Shown here: piece after piece, positions 49,242-59,526 of the stretch
Layout: each line of letters starts with the position of its first letter
How positions within the stretch are numbered: position 1 is the stretch's first letter
From: a virus
Strand: one strand, 5' to 3'
Virus record (IMG/VR): IMGVR_UViG_3300042382_000102
Span: 1-64,000 of that record
DNA: 64,000 nucleotides
The notes under the pieces: generated by a model
Databases searched by the model: none
The model's input: the letters and a program-made list of their open reading frames with translations, nothing else
What the model was told of the DNA's origin: nothing
Program-made: the position numbers and the translations under genes

Positions 49242-50587
49242 TCTGTTTCTTCCAATGTTACTGGCAAATGTTCAGGGTGATAAGTCTTACCATTAAATTC
49301 TACAGGCTCTGCATCATCTATTAAATACCAAGTAAGTGATGCGTAACAGCAATACACTTCATGTCTTGGATAAGCAATACCATCATGCAAGAGCACCCAG
49401 TCTTTTTCTGGACCTACATCAGATTTTAATACACGGATATCGTCACTATTAGTCTCATATGTATCCTCTTCTTTAGCATACTCACCATCTTGTACTTCTA
49501 CTAAATCATGATGATCTAAATACTCCATATGGTAGTATTCGCCTTCAAATGTAATCACATTATCTTCATGAATACGCTCTTTATAGAGAGTACTATCTAC
49601 ATAAGCCATTACATAATAGTTATCTGCACAATCATAGCAAACATCATCATCTTCGTATACAGATCTCATATCATCTGAATTATAGTACTCATCGCAGCAA
49701 TTACAATGACAATCAGCACTATTGCAAGGAGCGCCATCAGTATTAGTACATTCAAAGTCACCATCTTCACAAATAACTAAGCTATGTGGAACCCCTTTAT
49801 AAGTCATTCCACTTCTTTTACTTACTCGCTGATGTTCTCCGTCAATATACGGAGCTAAGAATTCACTATTGTTACTAAAATACTTTAATGGAGCGCCATC
49901 AGGCCATCCATCATAGTGCATGTAACCACTCTCTTTTAACCAATACTCTAATGCCTCATCAGCATAACTATAATCAGTCCCTCTCTTATAAGTACGAACA
50001 AAACATTTTTGCTTATCATCATCAGAATGCCATACTAAAGCACGACCATTAATTGACTTTGTATCAGGGTCAAGTCTAACTGCAGCTTTCCAACCTAGTT
50101 CAGGTGCATAAACCCGATAAGGATGTAAATAATCAGGGCAATATTCATCATGTCCAGGTGTATAGGCAGAATCCCAAGTCATGCAAGAACGTGGACCTTT
50201 CTGAACACTTAGAATAATACCATCTGAGTCTTCCCAGATCTCAAATGTATCATTACGACATTTAGTAGCAAAGTCACGGATCTCATGATCTTTTAACTGT
50301 GGAAACATTCTACGGATATAACGTCCGAAGGTAGTAACAGTTTGACGATCACTTTCGCCTGAACGCTCATCACGAGTAAATGCAACATTACTAGCATCCT
50401 TAATAGACATATGAGGATACTCTAATGCTAACAAGCGATAATTTTCAGGAACATGTTTCTTCATGATATCTTTAATCACAGGGTGAAACTCATAAGCCCT
50501 CTGTTCTCTTGCATGCCAATCTCTTGACATACGGAGAATCTCTAATACTACAGGAAATTTAACTTCTAACTCTTGAATTGTGATCAT
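49238..50587 (-). CDS. Hypothetical protein with Cys-rich/acidic C-terminus
   Basis: 449 aa; SCM, RALVW, PYID motifs and CxCC/CxxC clusters; translationally coupled to the peptidase. Confidence 0.6.
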   Translation of the reverse strand: MITIQELEVKFPVVLEILRMSRDWHAREQRAYEFHPVIKDIMKKHVPENYRLLALEYPHMSIKDASNVAFTRDERSGESDRQTVTTFGRYIRRMFPQLKDHEIRDFATKCRNDTFEIWEDSDGIILSVQKGPRSCMTWDSAYTPGHDEYCPDYLHPYRVYAPELGWKAAVRLDPDTKSINGRALVWHSDDDKQKCFVRTYKRGTDYSYADEALEYWLKESGYMHYDGWPDGAPLKYFSNNSEFLAPYIDGEHQRVSKRSGMTYKGVPHSLVICEDGDFECTNTDGAPCNSADCHCNCCDEYYNSDDMRSVYEDDDVCYDCADNYYVMAYVDSTLYKERIHEDNVITFEGEYYHMEYLDHHDLVEVQDGEYAKEEDTYETNSDDIRVLKSDVGPEKDWVLLHDGIAYPRHEVYCCYASLTWYLIDDAEPVEFNGKTYHPEHLPVTLEETE

Positions 50588-50912
50588 TTATTTCTCTTGA
50601 AAGATTTAAAATATAATTTGCTTTCTGGAAAACCCAAGGGTTTCTGTGTGGCAGATGTGCTCCAGTAGCTCCATCCCAATCTCTAAATTCCCAATCGTAA
50701 AAATCAATTCTTAAACAACTTGGGTGTTCTTCTTGTAGTTTTTGTAATTCATCAGCCCATGCTTGCCACTGATGATCAGAGATTATGCTTTCATTTAGCT
50801 CATAATAGATACACGAATGTATTAACATTTGTGATCTTCGCCTTCTTACTAATTCTACTAATTCGCTTGAACAAATAGTTTTAGTAGTCGTTATTTTCTT
50901 AGGCCGTGGCAT
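50559..50912 (-). CDS. Stand-alone NAD-dependent DNA ligase subdomain-Ia-like protein
   Basis: HSCIYYELNESIISDHQWQAWADELQKLQEEHP resembles the LigA N-terminal YY..D.P.ISD.EYD.L..EL..LE..HP. Confidence 0.6.
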   Translation of the reverse strand: MPRPKKITTTKTICSSELVELVRRRRSQMLIHSCIYYELNESIISDHQWQAWADELQKLQEEHPSCLRIDFYDWEFRDWDGATGAHLPHRNPWVFQKANYILNLSREINDHNSRVRS

Positions 50913-51825
50913 CTTCCCTACTCAATATTTTAAAGAGAGTTTCTTGTCTGATTCTTGTAGGTGGGCCATCTTCTAATAATTCAAGTGTATCCTGAAGTAG
51001 ACTAATGTTATCCCATTCAAAAGAGTATCTTGACTGAATAACATTACTAGATTTAATCATACGTAATGCTAAATATGCTCCGTAGCTAGAGGTATAACTA
51101 AAGTTAGTAGTATTGTTAATTGCATGAATTTCTTCTAACAATTCATTTGCTAGTGTCGTCAGTGTTTTCATCTGTAAGTTCCTTTATGATATAAGACCTT
51201 GTATCAAATATTGTGGAGTTATGAGGGTTATAAGTATCCCTCCAACTAAACCTTCTTCCTCTACTTTCCATCTCAAATCTACGCTTACTATTAATATTAC
51301 TTACTGCCATAGCTACTATCTTATCTGCAAAGAAATGTTCTCTTCCTTTCTGATCTGCTTTTGGTTTAAAATCTTTTAATTCTCCAAGTAGTTTGTATTC
51401 TTTTAATACTCTTCTAGCTTCTATTGATAATGTATTTGATTTAACCATCTATATCCTTTTTACATAATGCACAAACTTTATTTAATTTAGGAAGTGAGTC
51501 TAATGCTTCAGAGAGCCCCTCATAAGCATAGTGACTAGCACAGGCATAACCATTTTCGAAATCATTCTTAATATCATCTGTTTTACTTTCATTTTTAAAT
51601 CTATCTAAAAGTTTAATTAGTAATTTATAATTCTCGATTGGAATTGATATCATTTAACCTCTTTAAAATACGTGTGATTTGGCCAAGACTTTTATTATAA
51701 GAATGTTTAAGTTCCTCATTAGTACATAATGAATTAGAGAATTGCCAATAACTCTTTTCCATTTGCTGTTCTACTTCCTTTAGTTCATAATGTAACCAAT
51801 CTTCAATATCTTTTTCACTTATCAT
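50899..51825 (-). other. Four small hypothetical genes
   Basis: ORFs 50899..51171, 51143..51448, 51441..51653 and 51625..51825, overlapping in series. Confidence 0.55.
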
Positions 51826-51834
51826 AGTATCCTT

Positions 51835-51868
51835 AATAAAATAGCCCCAACTATTTCTAGTCAGGGCT
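51835..51868 (-). terminator. Rho-independent terminator after the ClpP-like gene
   Basis: AGCCCTGACTA-GAAA-TAGTTGGGGCT 11-bp stem followed by ATTTTATT. Confidence 0.7.
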
Positions 51869-51872
51869 TGGG

Positions 51873-52556
51873 TTATGGATTCTTAATCACTTCATCTACA
51901 ATACCATGTATAACTGCTTCATCTGGAGAGAAGAAACAATCTGATTGTTGTAGTAAGTGTTTACGAATATATGCTACAGATTTACCTGTACATTTACGAT
52001 AATGGGTTAGCATTCTTGCTGAATCTAATTGGAAATCTTTTGAGGCAGCAGCTATTTCATGTTCTTTACCAACTACTCCACGAGAGAATTGATGAGACAT
52101 TACAGAACAATTTTCAGTAATAAACCGATTGCCTTTAGCTCCAGCCATTAATAACATTACCCCAGCAGATGCAATTTCACCTGTACCAATAGTAGCTATT
52201 GGAATAGTAGACTGTTTAATAGTGTCAATTAAATGATATGCTGATGAAACAAAACCACCTGGACTGTTAATAAATAGTACTAATTTAGTTGGTTGATCTT
52301 CTTTAGCCATAAGATTATATTCCATAATAGCCATAATAATAGGCTGTACAGAATCGTCTTCTACTTCACCCATAAGATACATAATGCCATTACGCATAAT
52401 GTTCTTTCCAAACCAATAGTAATTACCTTCATTATCTTCAGGAATTACAGGTTGAGGTGGATTTGGGGACTCTGGCTCTTGAGGTGCTTTAGGTCTAGCC
52501 TTCGCATTAAATACACTTGAGTAGCTTTTGAACTGGCAACCGAATAGTTTGCTCAT
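51873..52556 (-). CDS. clpP: ClpP-like serine protease
   Basis: INSPGG, IASAG (Ser), MSHQ (His), SDCFFSPDEA (Asp), GIVDEV; probable start MSKLFG at 52556. Confidence 0.88.
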   Translation of the reverse strand: MSKLFGCQFKSYSSVFNAKARPKAPQEPESPNPPQPVIPEDNEGNYYWFGKNIMRNGIMYLMGEVEDDSVQPIIMAIMEYNLMAKEDQPTKLVLFINSPGGFVSSAYHLIDTIKQSTIPIATIGTGEIASAGVMLLMAGAKGNRFITENCSVMSHQFSRGVVGKEHEIAAASKDFQLDSARMLTHYRKCTGKSVAYIRKHLLQQSDCFFSPDEAVIHGIVDEVIKNP

Positions 52557-53243
52557 CTGATAATTCCTTAGTTGAAATAAATAGCTCTGCTGGTTCAAGA
52601 TAAATATCTGCTGGAGTTGTTACTTTCCAACGACCAATAGATCCTGACCGATTAATAATTTTGTTGTTTAGTTCATTTAACGCAACTAAATCTGTAGAAC
52701 CACTTACAATAAATGTAATACCAGTATCCCATAAATCATCAACAAGTTTTGTAGTTGTCTTGTTAATATCATCAATAATTAACCTAAACTGAGAGACATG
52801 AACAGTACTATTAACTACAAAGTCTTTAATTTGATCCGTCAATGTCATCGTCTTCTTCGGAACTATATTCGTCCCACCATCTTCCTTGTTGTCGCTCTCG
52901 CTTATAGGGTCTTTTGTGTCTATCTGAGTGAGAGGTTCGCTCGTCTTTAAATTGCTTTTCTTCACGTTCTAATTCCTGCCAATTTGTGGTATTATTTCTG
53001 TTCATCTGTGTAACTACGTTTAACACCTAACTTATCCGCTTTCTTTTGTAGATATACTGCAAAGAATTTTACAAGATCTTCTGAATCTTCAAAAGAAGAT
53101 CCTTCTACAATAGATAAAGAAACTCTCTCAAAATGATTCATAATTTCTTCTGGATTTGTTACACTTAATGCTGATAAAGTATGGTTAACACCTTGATCAA
53201 CCATATTTGTAAGTTTAATTTTATCTGATGGAGTCATTACCAA
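52507..53243 (-). other. Three small hypothetical genes between nrdB and clpP
   Basis: ORFs 52992..53243, 52826..~53005 and 52507..~52848. Confidence 0.5.
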
Positions 53244-54220
53244 TCCCAGTTACCATTCATACCATTAACACTATACTCAGTAACACGCTTCTCAAAGAAG
53301 TTATCGTGAGATACACCTGATAAAACCCAGTCAAGCCAAGTTAAAGGATTTTCTTTTACTCGGAATACTGGTTTTAAACCAAGCTGAATAAGGCGACGAT
53401 CTGTGATAAATCTAATATAATTTCTTACATCTTCTTTAGTTAATCCTTCAATTTTATTACCAGTAAAGGCAAGATCAATAAACCTATCTTCTAACTCAAC
53501 AGCTTCTTTAGCCATTTGATAAATTTTAGATTTAAACTCATCATTGATAATACGAGGATGTTCTTCACAATACTTACGGAATAATGCCGCACCGCCCTCT
53601 ACATGTACTGTTTCATCTCGAATAGACCATTCAACTACAGTTCCCATACCTTTCATTTTACCGAAACGTTGGAAGTTAAGTAACATAACAAATGAAGCGA
53701 ATAAAGCAACACCTTCATTAAATACACCTTTGGCTAAAGTTAAAGCTACGCCAGAATGTGTTCCTGTATCATTAGATTGCATAAAGTCAATCTTATCTGC
53801 CATCTCTTTGTATTCTAAAAATCGATGATATTCTTCATCAGGCAAACCTAGGGTATCATTCAATAGTGCATAAGCTCTTTGATGAGTACCTTCACGACCA
53901 GCAAAGGAACCTAGCATAACACGAACTTCATTGTTCTTAAATTTAGGTATTAAATAGTCATAATAGTTTTGACCTACTTGAACATCACCTTGAGTAAATA
54001 ATCTTAAGATATGAGTAATAAACTCTTTTTCCTGATCATTTAACTTTAGTTTCCAATCTGATACATCTTCAGATAAATCAGCTTCATCTTCAGTCCAATG
54101 AATTTCTTCATGTTTCTTTGTTAAATCTACAGCCCAATCATGAAAGAAAGGTTTATAAGTTTTATTAAAAGTGGTTAATGTTGATGCAGGAATATTATCC
54201 TTCACAAGCTTTGCATTCAT
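53237..54220 (-). CDS. nrdB: Ribonucleotide reductase class I, beta subunit
   Basis: FTQGD, EGTHQRAY (radical Tyr), EGVALF, DETVH, NFFEKRVTEY. Confidence 0.95.
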   Translation of the reverse strand: MNAKLVKDNIPASTLTTFNKTYKPFFHDWAVDLTKKHEEIHWTEDEADLSEDVSDWKLKLNDQEKEFITHILRLFTQGDVQVGQNYYDYLIPKFKNNEVRVMLGSFAGREGTHQRAYALLNDTLGLPDEEYHRFLEYKEMADKIDFMQSNDTGTHSGVALTLAKGVFNEGVALFASFVMLLNFQRFGKMKGMGTVVEWSIRDETVHVEGGAALFRKYCEEHPRIINDEFKSKIYQMAKEAVELEDRFIDLAFTGNKIEGLTKEDVRNYIRFITDRRLIQLGLKPVFRVKENPLTWLDWVLSGVSHDNFFEKRVTEYSVNGMNGNWDW

Positions 54221-56198
54221 TGTCTTCTGCCTCTACTGCGTTTGTTAATGTTTGGAAATGAGCATATAGTTTATCAAATCCACCGATATACTCTCCGTCT
54301 AAATAAATTTGTGGTAACGATCTAACATCATCACGACCAGTAACTTCAGCCGCTGTTTTGCCTAAAGCTACAATATCAATATAGTCAAATGGAATACTCT
54401 TTGAATTTAACAAAGCTTTAGCCATTTCACAATTTGGACAATTTGGTTTACCATATATGATTGTTGTCTTCTCATATTTTAATTTATCTTCTTTAACTTT
54501 TTCTGAGACATTTTCAGCACGAACTTTAGCTTCTGTACGGAGATAATACAAACCTTTCAACCCAGATTCCCAAGCTAAAATATGTGCATCTTTAACATAT
54601 TTCTTTTCTGCTCCTGCAGGGAAAAATAAGTTAACAGATTGGCCTTGACAAACATATTTTTGTCTATCTGAAGCATGTTTAATAACCCAACTTTGATCTA
54701 ACTCAAAACTAGTTTTAAACACATCTTTTATACTATCTTCTAAGAATGGCAAATGTTGCACAGATCCACCACTAGTAATAATATTAGCCCATACTTCATT
54801 TGTATTATGTTGAATCTTATCTAAATACTTTTCAAGATATTTGTTTTTAACTAAGAAAGATCCTGCACGAGTACGATGTGTATATGCATTAGCCTTATTA
54901 GGTTCAATACTAGGAGAAGTACTTAACAGAATACCAGAAGAAGCATTAGGGGCTACTGCTAGTAAATGTGAATGCCTTACCATTACTGGAGACATATCTG
55001 GAGCAGGTCCACGACTTTCAGCTAAAGCGCCAGAGATCTCTTTTGCTTGATTTTTAATATAATCAAATATTTCAATGTTTAGCTTGGATGCATCGTTACT
55101 TTCAAAAGGTATCATTCTACTCTGTAACAAGTTATGAAAACCCATTGCTCCAACACCAATAGATCTTTCTTGAGTAGCGCTATATACTGCCCTACTAAGA
55201 CTGTCTGGAGCATTCTCAATAAAATATTCTAGTACGTTGTCAAGCATTGTTACTAAATCTTTGACCATTGATGTATGTTTCCATTGGTCATAGTGTTCTA
55301 GATTAACAGAGCTTAAACAACATACTGCTGTACGATCTTCATTCGTAGGTAAATGAATTTCATTACAGAGGTTGCTACCATGTACTTTTAAACCTTTTTC
55401 CTTTAATTGAATAGGTAATGCGTCATTAACAGTATCAATGAAGTTAAGGTAAGGCTCACCTGTACGGAAGCGAGTTTCCAATAACTTGATAAATACTTTT
55501 CTAGCATCAAGGGATTCGCCTGTTGGTCCTTTCTTTGGATCAACAAGCTCATATGTTCTACCTTCTTTGACAGCTTCCATGAAATTATCAGTGATATTAA
55601 CAGCGTTATGTAAGTTAAGACATTTACGATTGTTATCACCTGTGGGAACACGAATACTAATAAATTCAAGAATATCAGGATGATCAATATCGAGATATGC
55701 AGCATAAGAGCCCTTTCTAGTTTTACCCTGCCTATAAGCAGTCATATCAGCATCAATTGTGCTTAAGAAAGGTATAGGCCCAGGAGCAATGTCAGATACA
55801 CTACGGATGTCAGACCAATGACCTCCGACCCCTCCGCCCATGACGGATAACCAACGAATTTCAGAACTATGATCAATAAGACCAGAGACAGTATCAGGAA
55901 CATAAGTTAAAAAGCAAGAGATTGGCATTCCTTTACCTTTACCATTAATATCGGGAGCATTCGATAATACAGGTGAGGCAAACATAAACCATTTGTTTGA
56001 GATATAGTCATACAGTCTTTGAGCTAACTCTAAATCTGTTTGACCTTTAAATGTGCTCCAAGCACGACAAGCTCTAGCATAAACTTCCTGTGGAGATTTT
56101 TCATTATCTTTTGCATAGAACTCTAGTACCATGTCAAAGGCATAATCTGTTAAAAGTTTATCTTTATCTAAATCAATTTCAATATCGTAGTATTTCAT
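54195..56198 (-). CDS. nrdA: Ribonucleotide reductase class I, alpha subunit with built-in glutaredoxin domain
   Basis: ISCF, SNLCNEI, APNASS, GLKGLYY; then Grx CPNC...LPQI...IGG; terminal CKAC; no N-terminal ATP cone. Confidence 0.95.
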   Translation of the reverse strand: MKYYDIEIDLDKDKLLTDYAFDMVLEFYAKDNEKSPQEVYARACRAWSTFKGQTDLELAQRLYDYISNKWFMFASPVLSNAPDINGKGKGMPISCFLTYVPDTVSGLIDHSSEIRWLSVMGGGVGGHWSDIRSVSDIAPGPIPFLSTIDADMTAYRQGKTRKGSYAAYLDIDHPDILEFISIRVPTGDNNRKCLNLHNAVNITDNFMEAVKEGRTYELVDPKKGPTGESLDARKVFIKLLETRFRTGEPYLNFIDTVNDALPIQLKEKGLKVHGSNLCNEIHLPTNEDRTAVCCLSSVNLEHYDQWKHTSMVKDLVTMLDNVLEYFIENAPDSLSRAVYSATQERSIGVGAMGFHNLLQSRMIPFESNDASKLNIEIFDYIKNQAKEISGALAESRGPAPDMSPVMVRHSHLLAVAPNASSGILLSTSPSIEPNKANAYTHRTRAGSFLVKNKYLEKYLDKIQHNTNEVWANIITSGGSVQHLPFLEDSIKDVFKTSFELDQSWVIKHASDRQKYVCQGQSVNLFFPAGAEKKYVKDAHILAWESGLKGLYYLRTEAKVRAENVSEKVKEDKLKYEKTTIIYGKPNCPNCEMAKALLNSKSIPFDYIDIVALGKTAAEVTGRDDVRSLPQIYLDGEYIGGFDKLYAHFQTLTNAVEAEDNECKACEG

Positions 56199-56212
56199 TA
56201 TTATTTTTATTA

Positions 56213-56416
56213 TTAAGCGTTAAAGCAAGCACCAGGGCGTAATAACACTTCTGCTATCATACCCTCCATCGACTCATCTGAAATACATATAAAGGCAGTA
56301 ATATCAAACTCCGTAAAGCTTTCAAGAGCTGCCTCACATTCTTTACTATTTTCATAGATATACTCATTATATTTTTTACTAGAGTGATCAAAAGCAAATA
56401 CAGAATATCTCATCAT
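56213..56416 (-). CDS. Hypothetical protein
   Basis: 67-aa ORF coupled to the primase-helicase stop codon. Confidence 0.5.
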   Translation of the reverse strand: MMRYSVFAFDHSSKKYNEYIYENSKECEAALESFTEFDITAFICISDESMEGMIAEVLLRPGACFNA

Positions 56417-58044
56417 ATAGTAAGATCCTCAAAACTATTACTTGCATTAATCAATCTACCAGTGTCTTCAATAAATCTATATTGACCCATAGGACCAGTT
56501 CTGCCAGTCCATCTATCTTTTAGTACCCAAAGCTTACTAGTGTGCCTCTGCACAGGGTCTGCTTCAAGTTTATTCCTACTAATAGCAATTAGTTGAGCAC
56601 CAATTTGCTTTAGAGAACCAGAACCTTTTAAATCATCATCTGAAGGTACAGCACCCTCTTCAAAAGATTTTTGATTATTGTTTGTTTTTCTTAAATGACT
56701 AACAACTCCAAGCCATATCCCATGACGCTTGGCTAGCTTTAGTAGGTCTGACATAAGTTTATCTGTAGCTCGATTAACATCATTATCTTCAGCATCTGAT
56801 ACTGCAATAGTAATGTGATCAAGATATATAAATTTACATCCACTTAAAGCCATGAATTCCATTTTATCAATTAGAGAATCGTCTCCCATTGAGCCTTGGT
56901 GATCTAAGAACATTATGCGACCTGTACCCATAGTCTCAGCCCAAGCAGACTTTTCTTCATCTTCAGTAACTTCAACATCAGGTAATTGGATACGCTTATT
57001 TAAGTGTAAAGCCATAATACCTTCAACTGTCTCAGACACACTTTCTTCTAAAGAACAAATACCAATCTTTTCATTTGTTGTTTGAAGTAAATGATATTGA
57101 TCTTCTTTTAGAAAAGAACTCTTACCCATACCAGTACCTGAGCAAAGTACAGTAATAGAGCCTAAACATCTACCATAAATCTTTTTATTAAGATCTACAG
57201 CAAATTCAGGCCAAGGTACATAATCAATCTCTGATTCGGCCTTGTATAAATCCCAAGTATCCGCTGAGTTAACAATGCCAACTGGACTCCAAGCTTGAGC
57301 ATCCCAAACTTGAGATAAGACTGCCATATGCCCTTCTTTTAAATAAAGTTCATTGGCATCTTTTAACTTAGTGTTCTTAACAATTTTAACTTTGTCAAAA
57401 CCAATAATCTTAGCAGCACGATCAGCAGCTTCTTTTCCTGGCTCATCATTGTCAAACCAAATAACTACTGAATCAAAACTACGTAACCAATCTCTATTAC
57501 TCAATAAGATACTAGTTTGACTTGCTGATGGTATAGAAACTACTGGATAAATCTTTTCATATTTATCGAACCAAGCCTGTGATACAGTTAATGCATCAAT
57601 CTCACCTTCAGTAATTACTAACTGTTTACCCCCATTACCCGCTTGCATTTGTCCAAAAAGACTTTTAATTTTTCCGACAACTGTGAAGTCTTTAGGGAGA
57701 ATCCGTTTCTTATATCCTGTAATTTCATTAATACCATATGGGTAATAATGTGTATCCACATCACCTTTTTCATTTACGGTAACCCTTATATTGAAGTGTT
57801 CTGCAATTTTCTTTGTGATCTTGCGGTCAGCAAAACCTCTTATAGCGTAACTAGAAATTTCTTCTAATGTTTCAGTGCCATAATTTTCCTTCTTAGTTGT
57901 CACTAGAGAATCCTTACTTTGATCTGGAAACCAACCACTACATGAAAAACAATATGAGGTTCTATCCTCGTATATCTGTCTAGCATCACTACTACCACAG
58001 TCTTCACTTAGGCAAGGTTGATCCTTTACAACTATTTTTCCCAT
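56413..58044 (-). CDS. T7 gp4-like DNA primase-helicase
   Basis: N-terminal Cys4 Zn finger, TOPRIM EGEIDA/FDND/KDANE, Walker A GTGMGKSS, LDH, LKGSGSLKQ, KDRWTGRTG. Confidence 0.95.
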   Translation of the reverse strand: MGKIVVKDQPCLSEDCGSSDARQIYEDRTSYCFSCSGWFPDQSKDSLVTTKKENYGTETLEEISSYAIRGFADRKITKKIAEHFNIRVTVNEKGDVDTHYYPYGINEITGYKKRILPKDFTVVGKIKSLFGQMQAGNGGKQLVITEGEIDALTVSQAWFDKYEKIYPVVSIPSASQTSILLSNRDWLRSFDSVVIWFDNDEPGKEAADRAAKIIGFDKVKIVKNTKLKDANELYLKEGHMAVLSQVWDAQAWSPVGIVNSADTWDLYKAESEIDYVPWPEFAVDLNKKIYGRCLGSITVLCSGTGMGKSSFLKEDQYHLLQTTNEKIGICSLEESVSETVEGIMALHLNKRIQLPDVEVTEDEEKSAWAETMGTGRIMFLDHQGSMGDDSLIDKMEFMALSGCKFIYLDHITIAVSDAEDNDVNRATDKLMSDLLKLAKRHGIWLGVVSHLRKTNNNQKSFEEGAVPSDDDLKGSGSLKQIGAQLIAISRNKLEADPVQRHTSKLWVLKDRWTGRTGPMGQYRFIEDTGRLINASNSFEDLTI

Positions 58045-58045
58045 T

Positions 58046-58222
58046 TTATTTATTTATTACATTGTTAGCTGCGAAACAAGCTGTTGATACAAAACTTAGT
58101 GCTATAGATACTAGTAAAAAGTCTGCTGAAGTCCATTGCTCTGTACCTGTTAATAAGTTAACTGATTGTGTTAATACCACAAGCATTGAACAAAAACCAA
58201 GTATAAAACCAATTAATTTCAT
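58046..58222 (-). CDS. Small membrane protein (58 aa)
   Basis: Manual translation MKLIGFILGFCSMLVVLTQSVNLL...; TAATG overlap. Confidence 0.5.
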   Translation of the reverse strand: MKLIGFILGFCSMLVVLTQSVNLLTGTEQWTSADFLLVSIALSFVSTACFAANNVINK

Positions 58223-58668
58223 TATTTTAATCCTGCTAATTTATTTAATCTTTTACGATGTCTGAGAGATACTGTTTCAGAAGAGCGCCATTGTACTTTA
58301 TCAATGAATCTATTATACCAGATATGATTATTAGTTGGAACTTCTACAAAACATTGAGACCATGTTTCTGCCCAACTTAAACCTCCTCTAGTATAATATT
58401 GCTCTAATACGTGGAATTCAAATGAGTCTATACCATTCTCTTCTATTAGTGCATTGATGTCTTTAGATGAACTAGTATAAACTCTCCAATTGCTTGGTTT
58501 GCCTTTATTAAGTCTACCATTCCCTTTAAACATCTTTTTACCAATATACATCATACCATTCTTTTTATCTTTAATTAAATAAATAAATCCAAAAGCATTT
58601 TCATGATCTAGTTGTTCAGTAAATTCCCAGTGCCCATTATCCTTCTTCTTTAATTTGGAAGTGGTCAT
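58222..58668 (-). CDS. GIY-YIG family endonuclease
   Basis: GFIYLI...YIGKK, W..YTSSS, E and YN motifs. Confidence 0.8.
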   Translation of the reverse strand: MTTSKLKKKDNGHWEFTEQLDHENAFGFIYLIKDKKNGMMYIGKKMFKGNGRLNKGKPSNWRVYTSSSKDINALIEENGIDSFEFHVLEQYYTRGGLSWAETWSQCFVEVPTNNHIWYNRFIDKVQWRSSETVSLRHRKRLNKLAGLK

Positions 58669-59341
58669 TTATATAGCGCCAGATGTGGATCAACCTGCCA
58701 TTGGCAAGTAAATAAGGTTTCCACTGGTCGCCATATTGTTGTTTGTAAGCATTTATTACTGCTGCCTTTCTTTTATTATTATTATCACAGCCCTCTAAAA
58801 TCTTTAAGGCCTTTACTGGCCCGATCTTAGGTAGTCCAGGAATATTATCTACTGCATCACCCATTAAAATTTGTTTCCAATAGTGTATATCAGCTGATTC
58901 CTCATCTACTTCATAATGTTCATCCTTTCCTGGTTTAAAATGTTTACCAGGAATACAATCTAGATCTTTGTCTATTGTACATACTACAAACGGATCATTA
59001 TCCCTAGTTGCTTCTACCGCCCAAATTCGAATTAAGTCATCTGCCTCAAATCCGTGAGCAACTACAGCATTAGGATGATTACAAAACCATTCTTTGAGTT
59101 CATCAAAATATTCAGCCCTATTTTTCTTAGATGCTAACCTAGATGCACTTCTTTTATATTCTTTAAAAAACTCTTCTCTCCAATTATTTAGACCACCAAT
59201 TGCAATGAGATAATCAGTGCAAAAGGTGTTTTCAATAACTTCTTGAAGAACTATGTCTAATTTAATCTTAGCTTCTTCTACGTTTTCAGTATCCCAAATA
59301 GCCTGATATAGTAGAACGTCTCCGTCTACTAATGCTATCAT
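58637..59341 (-). CDS. 5'-3' exonuclease (T7 gp6/FEN-like)
   Basis: DGDVL, EADD, DKDL, GDAVDNIPGLPKIGPVKA. Confidence 0.92.
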   Translation of the reverse strand: MIALVDGDVLLYQAIWDTENVEEAKIKLDIVLQEVIENTFCTDYLIAIGGLNNWREEFFKEYKRSASRLASKKNRAEYFDELKEWFCNHPNAVVAHGFEADDLIRIWAVEATRDNDPFVVCTIDKDLDCIPGKHFKPGKDEHYEVDEESADIHYWKQILMGDAVDNIPGLPKIGPVKALKILEGCDNNNKRKAAVINAYKQQYGDQWKPYLLANGRLIHIWRYINDHFQIKEEG

Positions 59342-59526
59342 ACTGGGTAGGTTACTTTCTCAAAGCCATATCTCTTAACTCGAGCTAATAGTTTCTTGCC
59401 AACTTTATTACGAACTTTATACTTAATAATTGTAGGACGATCTACAAAGCTAAGATATAAATACTTATCGCCACGAGGATAAGTATATGTTGCCGATGGA
59501 ACTCTGTATACTAATGATTTTTTCAT
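59338..59526 (-). CDS. Small basic hypothetical protein
   Basis: 62 aa; ATGA overlaps at both ends. Confidence 0.5.
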   Translation of the reverse strand: MKKSLVYRVPSATYTYPRGDKYLYLSFVDRPTIIKYKVRNKVGKKLLARVKRYGFEKVTYPV

